Shown one piece after another: positions 57,035 to 64,000 of a stretch of DNA of 64,000 nucleotides. A program made the position numbers and the translations under genes. Every line of letters begins with the position of its first letter. Within the stretch, counting starts at the first letter, position 1. The stretch covers positions 5,982-69,981 of the forward strand of contig DATJJE010000028.1 of assembly GCA_035492455.1 (NCBI GenBank), written 5' to 3'. The DNA comes from Vicinamibacterales bacterium. GTDB taxonomy: Bacteria; Acidobacteriota; Vicinamibacteria; Vicinamibacterales; UBA2999. The notes under the pieces were generated by a model that did no database searches, was not told the origin of the DNA, and saw only the letters and a list, made by a program, of their open reading frames with translations.

Positions 57035-58245
57035 ATCACGTGCGACAACAGGCCATCGCGCAGCTTCGGCTCGAACCAGGTGGACTTCGGCGGCATGATG
57101 CCGCCGGCATCGCACACGCCCATCAGATCGCTGACGCTCACCGGATACAACGAGAACGCGACCGAGAACTTGCCCGAGTTCACCAGCTTTTCGAGCTCCG
57201 AGGTACCGCGCGCGCCGCCGACGAAATCAATGCGCTTGTCGGAGCGGATGTCGCCGACACCAAGCAGCGGCGTCAGCACGTCTTGCTGCAGCCGGCTCAC
57301 GTCGAGCCGATCGGCGGCACTGAGATCACCCGATGCCTCTCCGAGCACAATCGTGTGCCACTTGCCATCGAGATACATCGCGACCTCACCCTTGCGCGCC
57401 GGCGTCGCGGGTCCCTCCTTCACCGTGAACTGCTCGCGCAGTTTCGCGAGCAGCGATTCGGGCGTGTACGAGCCCAGATCCTTGACGACGCGGTTATATG
57501 GCAGCACCTGCGTCTGGTCGTCGGGGAACGCAACCGCCAGCACCCTATCCCATTCGCCGCTGGCGCCGTTGGCGCCAAGCTGCTGCCGCGCACGCGCAGC
57601 GCTTGCCGCTCGGTGATGACCGTCGGCGATGTACAACTCCGGAATCGCGGCGAACGCGCTTACGAGGTCTCGCACGTCGCCTGCATCCACGCGCCAGATC
57701 GTGTGCTGCACGCCGTCCGCGGCAGTGAAGTCGAACAACGGCCGCTGACCGGTAACGCGTGACACCACGCGGTCGACTGCCGGCGATGCCCGATAGGTCA
57801 GGAAAACCGGCCCAGTCTGCGCCCGCAGCTCAATCATGTGGCGAGTCCGGTCGTCTTCCTTGTCCTTTCTGGTGAATTCGTGCTTCTTGATCACACCGCG
57901 GTCGTACTCATCAATTGAGAACGTTCCGGCGATACCCATCTGAACGTGACTGCCAATTCCGAGGCGATACACGTACAAGCTCGGCTGGTCTTCCGTGACG
58001 AGCGGCGCGTCCTTGTTCAGTGTTTGGAAGTTGTCGACGGCCTTTCGATACACCGCGTCCGAATACGGATTCGTATCGGGCGGCAGATCGATCTCCGCCC
58101 GAGAGACGTGTAAAAAGCTCAGCGCATTGCCGTTGGCCAATGCATGGGCTTCTTGTGCGTTAACAACATCGTACGGAACGGCAGCGACGCGTGCCGCCGA
58201 CGCGGGCGTCGGACGAAGCGCGCGAAAGGGTGCGATGGAGGCCAT
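57031..58245 (-). CDS. DUF1015 domain-containing protein
   Basis: MASIAPFRALRPTPASAARVAAVPYDVV... is the typical DUF1015 N-terminus. Translationally coupled to serA. Confidence 0.82.
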   Translation of the reverse strand: MASIAPFRALRPTPASAARVAAVPYDVVNAQEAHALANGNALSFLHVSRAEIDLPPDTNPYSDAVYRKAVDNFQTLNKDAPLVTEDQPSLYVYRLGIGSHVQMGIAGTFSIDEYDRGVIKKHEFTRKDKEDDRTRHMIELRAQTGPVFLTYRASPAVDRVVSRVTGQRPLFDFTAADGVQHTIWRVDAGDVRDLVSAFAAIPELYIADGHHRAASAARARQQLGANGASGEWDRVLAVAFPDDQTQVLPYNRVVKDLGSYTPESLLAKLREQFTVKEGPATPARKGEVAMYLDGKWHTIVLGEASGDLSAADRLDVSRLQQDVLTPLLGVGDIRSDKRIDFVGGARGTSELEKLVNSGKFSVAFSLYPVSVSDLMGVCDAGGIMPPKSTWFEPKLRDGLLSHVI

Positions 58246-58297
58246 GTGAGGAAGCAAAAATTATAGCGTGGCATGTGTATTGATTAGGTGAGCGGCG

Positions 58298-60961
58298 ATG
58301 AGATCCGCTCTGACGTGCGCAGCCGCGCTGTTGTGCTGTACCACCGCATTCTCGCAAACGGGCGGGGGAGAAATCTGGGGACGAGTCCACGACGTGGACG
58401 GCGCGTTGGTCGGTCGCGCGGACGTCACGCTCACCGCCGTCGATACCGGCACCAACCGTCAAACGCGAACTGATGACAGCGGCCGCTTCGCATTTCCGTC
58501 CGTTCCCGCCGGGCGGTATCAGGTCACAGCGGAACATGACGGCTTCGCCGGTCGCCGGCAAGATGACATCGCCATCGTTCCGGGTCAGCGACTACAGGTC
58601 GACCTGTCGCTTCGTCGCGCACCACTGCCGGAGACCATTGCGCTCAACCCGTATCCGCCGATTGCTGAATCGGCTCGCACGCATGCGAGCGGATTCGTAG
58701 CCGAGACGGAAATCGAACATCTCCCGATTGATGGACGCAGGTACCTGCGACTGGCGGAGTTAATACCAGCCGTGTCGCGAGACGCGGGAACCGGCGGCCT
58801 CAGCGTCATGAACCTGCCAAGCACACAGAACCGCCTGCTGATTGATGGGTTCGATCACAGCAGCGGCATCACCAACGATCCGATCGGACGCGAAGGTCCC
58901 GCGCGCGTTCCGTATCAGCTGAGCCAATGGTCTGTGCAGGCGTTTCGCGTTCAGACCAATGGCGCGCCCGCGCAGAACGGCCGCGCGGCCGCCGGCCTGA
59001 TCGATGTCGCGACCAGAGCTGGCGCGAACGCATTCCGCGGCACGGGCTATGGCTTTTTCGGCGACCGAGCTCTCAACGGCGAAAAGACGCTGGACGCTGG
59101 CGCGGGACTGGACAAGCCGGCGTATCGCAATGGTCAATTCGGCGCGGTGATCGGCGGCCCCCTCACCAGGACCCACAACTTCTTCCTGATTAGCTATGAC
59201 GGCGTGCGTCGCACGGACACGTCGGACGCATCGCCGAACACGAAGCTGTTCGCTCCCGCAACAACCGTTGCGCTTGCGCAGCTCGATGCGACGCTCGTCC
59301 GGCCCGCGCGAACGCAAAAGCAGGATCTCCTGCTCGTGCGAACGGATCACGACTACTTCAATCAGCACGTCACGGTTCGCTACATCGATCAGCAGTTCCA
59401 CGGCCGTGCGATCGACGCATCGGCGTATCAACCTGCCATCTCGAGTGACGGTGCTGCGTACCTGCGAACGCGTTCAGGAGCGGGGTCGTTGGGAAGCGCA
59501 CTCGGAGGACACGTCACCAACGAGGCGCGCGTGCAATACGCGGACAGTCACGACAACGAGGCCTCTTCGTCGACACCTGGAATCGTGATCTTCGAAGGAG
59601 GCAGCTTCGTAGCGCAAACCGGCTCAAGCCTGCTCGGGCCGCACGCATTCGCCACAAAACGTCTGCAGATGGCTGACTCGCTGTCGTGGATCGCGGGTGG
59701 GCACTCGATCAAGGTCGGAGGTGATGTCCTCAAGGATCGTCACGGGATCCGTTTCACGCCGCAGACGACGCTCGGCTACGAGTCGATTGCCGCGTTCGCC
59801 GCCGGCGCGCGTGATTGGACGACACGCACGTTCGATGCAGGCGTGAATGTCGACGTCGACCAGTACGCCGCCTTCGCTCAGGACGCGTGGCGCGTGAGCA
59901 ACGCGCTTACCGTGGATCTCGGCGTTCGTTACGACCTCCAGGATTTCGGCGCACTGATGCCGCGCGACCGCAATAACTGGGCGCCGCGCGTCGGCGTGTC
60001 GCTCGCCCCGGGCGAACGAAAAAACATCTTCCGCGCCGCCTACGGCCTGTTCTACGGTTCGTCGCCCTCGCTCATCCCGGCACTTGCGGGAAGTGACGGC
60101 CGCATCCTCGTCGATCCCACGTTCAAGACCGCGAGGGTGCATCAGGCGAGCGTGGGATGGGAAGTCGAGAAGTACCGGTCGGGCTCGCTCGGCGTCGATT
60201 ACCTGTTTGCGCGTGGTGAGCGTCTGCCTCGCACCGTCGACATCAACGTGGGCGGTGTCTACCCGATCCCCGGCCGTCTCGTCTCCTTCCAGAGCACGGC
60301 ACAGTCAATCTACAACGGCCTCGCGTTCCACACCCGCGGCAGAGTTCTGCAGCAGATGTTCTACACGTTCGCCTACACCGTCGGACGTTCTGATGAAGCG
60401 CCGCAACAGCCGCTCGTGGCGCCATTCGGTGCGTTCAACGATCGACGTTCGCTCGCCATTCAGGGCGACACGCTGAACACGCGGTTCCCGGGCAACAACG
60501 ATCAGCATCAACGGTTCGTTGCCTCGGCGATGTACGACACATCGGTGCTGGCGGCTCCCCGGCAAGGTCTGTCGAAGCGCCTCCTCGACAACTGGGAGAT
60601 CGGACTGGTTTATACGTGGCAGCTTGGGTATCCGTACAGTGCGTATGTGGACGGCGATATCAACCGCGATTTCAACGCCTTCAACGACGTGGCACCAGGG
60701 ACGGTATGGAATCAGTATCGGCTGCCATACCAAGCCTCCTTCGACCCTCGGGTCGCCAGACGCTTCAACATCGGCGGTACGCGTCAACTGCACGTGGTGT
60801 GGGAGGCCTTCAACTTGACCAATCGGCCGAACTTCACCGCCGTCGACAACACGCTTTACACACTGTCCGGATCCACACTGGTTGCCAATCCGCTCTTCGG
60901 ACGACGGACGGCGCAGGCAGGTCCGCGGATGATGCAGGTTGCGGCGCGACTGACGTTTTAG
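58298..60961 (+). CDS. TonB-dependent-receptor-like outer-membrane barrel with carboxypeptidase-regulatory-like N-domain
   Basis: 887 aa with a signal peptide, a CarboxypepD_reg segment (GRVHDVDGALVGRADVTL...SGRFAFPSVPAGRYQVTAEHDGFA) and a C-terminal AARLTF. Confidence 0.78.
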   Translation: MRSALTCAAALLCCTTAFSQTGGGEIWGRVHDVDGALVGRADVTLTAVDTGTNRQTRTDDSGRFAFPSVPAGRYQVTAEHDGFAGRRQDDIAIVPGQRLQVDLSLRRAPLPETIALNPYPPIAESARTHASGFVAETEIEHLPIDGRRYLRLAELIPAVSRDAGTGGLSVMNLPSTQNRLLIDGFDHSSGITNDPIGREGPARVPYQLSQWSVQAFRVQTNGAPAQNGRAAAGLIDVATRAGANAFRGTGYGFFGDRALNGEKTLDAGAGLDKPAYRNGQFGAVIGGPLTRTHNFFLISYDGVRRTDTSDASPNTKLFAPATTVALAQLDATLVRPARTQKQDLLLVRTDHDYFNQHVTVRYIDQQFHGRAIDASAYQPAISSDGAAYLRTRSGAGSLGSALGGHVTNEARVQYADSHDNEASSSTPGIVIFEGGSFVAQTGSSLLGPHAFATKRLQMADSLSWIAGGHSIKVGGDVLKDRHGIRFTPQTTLGYESIAAFAAGARDWTTRTFDAGVNVDVDQYAAFAQDAWRVSNALTVDLGVRYDLQDFGALMPRDRNNWAPRVGVSLAPGERKNIFRAAYGLFYGSSPSLIPALAGSDGRILVDPTFKTARVHQASVGWEVEKYRSGSLGVDYLFARGERLPRTVDINVGGVYPIPGRLVSFQSTAQSIYNGLAFHTRGRVLQQMFYTFAYTVGRSDEAPQQPLVAPFGAFNDRRSLAIQGDTLNTRFPGNNDQHQRFVASAMYDTSVLAAPRQGLSKRLLDNWEIGLVYTWQLGYPYSAYVDGDINRDFNAFNDVAPGTVWNQYRLPYQASFDPRVARRFNIGGTRQLHVVWEAFNLTNRPNFTAVDNTLYTLSGSTLVANPLFGRRTAQAGPRMMQVAARLTF

Positions 60962-62088
60962 TGCTTCGGGAATACTGAGCGGAGGATCGAGTCGAGTGTG
61001 CCGTGCGGCCGATCCGCGTGCACCGGCGAGTGCGGCACGGACGGCGCCGGCTCTGTAGTTTCCAGCAGCCACATGTCGGCGACCGCGGCCGTCGGATTAA
61101 TCGCCTCGCCACACGTCGTTCGCAACAGAACTTGAAGCGCCACCGCGCCGGCGCGCCGCGCGCCGGGCCGACTGGTGATATCTGCGAACGAACGCTGCGA
61201 TTCGACTGCCGATCGAAACGCCACTCGCGGGTGCACCTGCAGCGCTTCCTGCAGCCACGTGCGCAATTCCGAGGACGAAGCCGCACTTCCAGGCGTGGCC
61301 GATGACTCCGTGGCGGTCATGATCAGATCTGACACGCCCCGCGGATATTCATGTAGGCGCAGCGGCCGCTGCAGAACGATCGCGAGGATGATGGCGCCCA
61401 TTTCCGTGACGTCCGCCTGCTGATCGAAGCGGGCAAGACTCGCGGAAGGGGGCATGGCGAGGCGGAATTCCTTCCAGAGATTTTCGCGATTGCGCTGCAG
61501 CACCTCGAGGCCGGCGCCGAAGACGCAATCGGTCAGCATCACGCGACCGTCGTTGGTGATGAGCACGTGCGAGGGATTGAGTGCCCCGTGCGCCAGACCG
61601 CCGGGCCACGCGTGCAGCGACGCGACGGCATTGACGACCAGTGACGCCAGCTCCAGCATCGCCGATTCAGGAACCACCTCGCCGCTGGATTCGAGATACT
61701 CGAGGAGATCCGACAGCCGGATACCGGCGGGCATCTCGCTGAGGATATGCAGCGAGCTTCTGATGCGTTCGATGCGTCGCACCGGCGCAAACGAGCGGAT
61801 GTCGAGATCCGCATACCGCGACGCACGTCCGCGAATCGCGTGCTCGACCATCACCTGAGAGGCCAGGGCAGGGGCGAGTTCAAGAATTTCTGTGTGGGTC
61901 CTGCCGTCGCTTTCGATGCGGCGAATGCCTAGACCATCATCCAGCGAGAACGGTTGTCCCTGGACCGCTCGTCTAACCACGCCGGCCTCGCATTGCAACC
62001 GACACACCGGGCGCGATGGGCGAAACCTCTCGCAAATTCGCTCGTTTTCGTGCGTGCTCACCGCGTCGACCTTACAGATTGGTGCCAC
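60958..62088 (-). CDS. Protein-kinase-like fold protein, predicted pseudokinase
   Basis: The catalytic-loop position reads HGALNPSHVLI (canonical HRDLKPxN), and DFG is replaced by TDCVFG. No Gly-rich loop recognised. The start is uncertain. Confidence 0.55.
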   Translation of the reverse strand: MAPICKVDAVSTHENERICERFRPSRPVCRLQCEAGVVRRAVQGQPFSLDDGLGIRRIESDGRTHTEILELAPALASQVMVEHAIRGRASRYADLDIRSFAPVRRIERIRSSLHILSEMPAGIRLSDLLEYLESSGEVVPESAMLELASLVVNAVASLHAWPGGLAHGALNPSHVLITNDGRVMLTDCVFGAGLEVLQRNRENLWKEFRLAMPPSASLARFDQQADVTEMGAIILAIVLQRPLRLHEYPRGVSDLIMTATESSATPGSAASSSELRTWLQEALQVHPRVAFRSAVESQRSFADITSRPGARRAGAVALQVLLRTTCGEAINPTAAVADMWLLETTEPAPSVPHSPVHADRPHGTLDSILRSVFPKH

Positions 62089-62113
62089 CTGTTACACTTC
62101 GGGCCGGTTCCCA

Positions 62114-63349
62114 ATGAATCTCCTGATTGGCATCGCCGCGGCGGTTGTCGGGGCGGTGCTGGCCTACTGGCTGGCCGCGTCGGCGGGCAGACGTCAGCTC
62201 GCCGAGCAGCGCGCGGCGCTCGTCGCCGAACTCGCCGCTGTCACACGCGATAACGAATGGCTGAAGATACAGGTCGAGCGCGAACGCGAGGCGCTCGGCA
62301 CCATGCGCGACGCATTCCAGTCGCTCGCAGCGGATGCGCTGCAAACGAATCGCACGTCGTTCCTCGAATCGCTTGAAGCGCGGCAGCAGGCGTTCGATGG
62401 CCTCGTCCAGCCGATCGCCGACGTGTTGAAGAAGGTGGACGGGAAGCTGTCGGAGGCCGAGCGTGAGCGTCTCGAGGCGTACGCACGGTTGACGGAGAGA
62501 GTAGCCGCGCTTGGATCGAGCGCGGACATGCTGTCACGGGCGCTGCGCACCCCCGCTGTACGCGGCCGCTGGGGTGAAATGCAGCTGCGTCGCGTCGTCG
62601 AAATCGCCGGCATGCTTCCTCGCTGCGACTTCGATGAGCAGCCGTCGCTGCAGGGTGACAACGGCCGCCTGCGGCCGGACCTGATCGTTCACCTCCCCGG
62701 CGGCAAGCAGATCGTCGTCGACGCGAAAGCCCCGCTCGAGGCGTTCCTCGACGCGCAGGCCGCGACCGACGAGGACAGCCGGCTGAACCGGCTGCTCGCG
62801 CACGCACGGCAGGTGCGCGAGCACATGGACAAACTCGGTAGCAAGGCGTACTGGGAAGCGCTGCCTACGTCTCCGGAGTTCGTGGTCATGTTTCTGCCGG
62901 GCGAGACCCTGTTCAGCGCGGCTCTGCAGAACGATCTGAATCTGATCGAACACGGCCTTGGGCAACGCGTATTGCTGGCGAGCCCCATTACGTTGATTGC
63001 GCTGCTCACCACGGTCGCGCATTCGTGGAGACAAGCGGCGCTCACCGACAACTTCCGCGAAGTCGCCGCGCTCGGCCGCGAGTTATACGAGCGGCTTGCA
63101 ACGTTTGCGGGGCATCTTAACGACGTCCGCAAGCGTCTCGACGGCGCCGTTCAGGCCTACAACCAGGCAGCCGGATCGTTCGAGTCCCGTGTGCTCGTGA
63201 CCGCGCGCCGGATGAAAGACTTGAACGTGACCACGGCCGAGGAACTGCCGCCAGCAGAATCGATCGACACCGTGCCTCGGGTCCTCAGGCAGATGAATCT
63301 GATGGCGCTGCCGCAAGACGCTACGAGCGACGAAATAGAACCCGCATAG
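62114..63349 (+). CDS. rmuC: DNA recombination protein RmuC
   Basis: Start at ATG 62114 (MNLLIGIAAAVVGAVLAYWL, TM helix), followed by a long coiled coil and a conserved C-terminal RmuC domain (PDLIVHLPGGKQIVVDAKAPLEAF...MFLPGE). Confidence 0.88.
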   Translation: MNLLIGIAAAVVGAVLAYWLAASAGRRQLAEQRAALVAELAAVTRDNEWLKIQVEREREALGTMRDAFQSLAADALQTNRTSFLESLEARQQAFDGLVQPIADVLKKVDGKLSEAERERLEAYARLTERVAALGSSADMLSRALRTPAVRGRWGEMQLRRVVEIAGMLPRCDFDEQPSLQGDNGRLRPDLIVHLPGGKQIVVDAKAPLEAFLDAQAATDEDSRLNRLLAHARQVREHMDKLGSKAYWEALPTSPEFVVMFLPGETLFSAALQNDLNLIEHGLGQRVLLASPITLIALLTTVAHSWRQAALTDNFREVAALGRELYERLATFAGHLNDVRKRLDGAVQAYNQAAGSFESRVLVTARRMKDLNVTTAEELPPAESIDTVPRVLRQMNLMALPQDATSDEIEPA

Positions 63350-63385
63350 CGGCAGACGCCGCGTCGCCCTACATATAATTGTTGG

Positions 63386-64000
63386 ATGGACTCCGATGCG
63401 GGGACCTCAGCACCCGTCGCCCCGCTTGATTTCGTTCGCGAAATAGTCGCGGAAGATCAGCGCACCGGAAAGCACGGCGGGCGTGTGCACACGCGGTTTC
63501 CGCCCGAACCAAACGGCTACCTGCACATCGGTCACGCGAAGGCCATCTGCCTGGACTTCGGTGTCGCCATCGAATTCGGCGGCAGGTGCAACCTGCGCTT
63601 CGACGACACCAATCCGACGAAGGAAGACGTCGAGTACGTCGAATCGATTCAGGAGGACGTGCGGTGGCTCGGATTTGAGTGGGCCGCCATGTTCTACGCG
63701 TCGGACTATTTCGAGCTTCTCTATGAGTACGCCAAGCAGCTGATTCGCGACGGCAAGGCGTATGTGGACAGCCTCAGCGCCGATGAGATTCGCGACTACC
63801 GCGGCACGCTGACCGAACCGGGCAAGAACAGTCCGTACCGCGATCGTTCGGTTGAGGAGAACCTCGATCTGTTCCGCCGGATGCGCGCGGGTGAGTTTCC
63901 GGATGGCGCGCACGTGCTGCGCGCGAAAATCGACATGACGTCGCCGAACATCAACATGCGCGACCCCACGCTCTACCGCATCCGTCATGCCACGCATCAC
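63386..64000 (+). CDS. glnS: Glutaminyl-tRNA synthetase, N-terminal part (runs off the window)
   Basis: Absent from the track because there is no stop. From ATG 63386: [59 protein letters not shown]... (HIGH motif). The 197-aa minus ORF 63407..64000 is its antisense shadow. Confidence 0.92.
   Translation, partial: MDSDAGTSAPVAPLDFVREIVAEDQRTGKHGGRVHTRFPPEPNGYLHIGHAKAICLDFGVAIEFGGRCNLRFDDTNPTKEDVEYVESIQEDVRWLGFEWAAMFYASDYFELLYEYAKQLIRDGKAYVDSLSADEIRDYRGTLTEPGKNSPYRDRSVEENLDLFRRMRAGEFPDGAHVLRAKIDMTSPNINMRDPTLYRIRHATHH

Noticed and set aside
63407-64000. 197-aa minus-strand ORF at the window end
   Set aside because: Antisense shadow of glnS, which carries the HIGH motif [11 protein letters not shown] on the + strand.

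Overview
High-GC (about two-thirds G+C by eye) chromosomal window. Gene content suggests an Acidobacteriota-like genome: a TIGR03436-type VWA protein, CarboxypepD_reg beta-barrel outer-membrane proteins, and zinc-ribbon CxxC-x17-CxxC proteins. This taxonomic call is inference only. The window is almost entirely core metabolism and housekeeping, densely packed, with many 1-4 nt start/stop overlaps. It holds a purine operon (M16 peptidase-purB-purS-purQ-purL-purF), purD, rlmN, mtaB and rpsU. It also holds glgC-eno-gpmA, a catalytic-chain-only methylmalonyl-CoA mutase, acs, inositol-3-phosphate synthase, polA, pcnB, a DUF1015-serA-serC operon, rmuC and glnS. I found no rRNA, tRNA or CRISPR array, and no prophage or defence-island signature. 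The only mobile DNA is a 685-bp decayed IS256-family remnant. The items most worth a second look are listed here. (1) An orphan GspE/PilB-type ATPase has a textbook double MshEN c-di-GMP-binding motif and an extra C-terminal double zinc ribbon. It sits divergent to a degenerate GGDEF protein (AEDTF) that keeps its RxxD I-site. (2) A five-gene operon is led by a decaprenyl-phosphate phosphoribosyltransferase homologue, but its partners are non-actinobacterial (DUF362, an Arg-rich coiled-coil protein, two GT4). (3) Four intergenic long hairpins each have arms built from tandem 7-9 nt repeats, with a different repeat unit at each locus. One of them was hit at its apex by the IS remnant. (4) A 1-nt frameshift separates the signal peptide from the propeller domain of an NHL/PAL-like protein. 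(5) The mutase gene is translationally coupled to two Dpp/Opp-type ABC ATPases with no permease, and a third orphan ABC ATPase converges on them. Most long ORFs in the track that lie opposite conserved genes are high-GC antisense shadows and were rejected.
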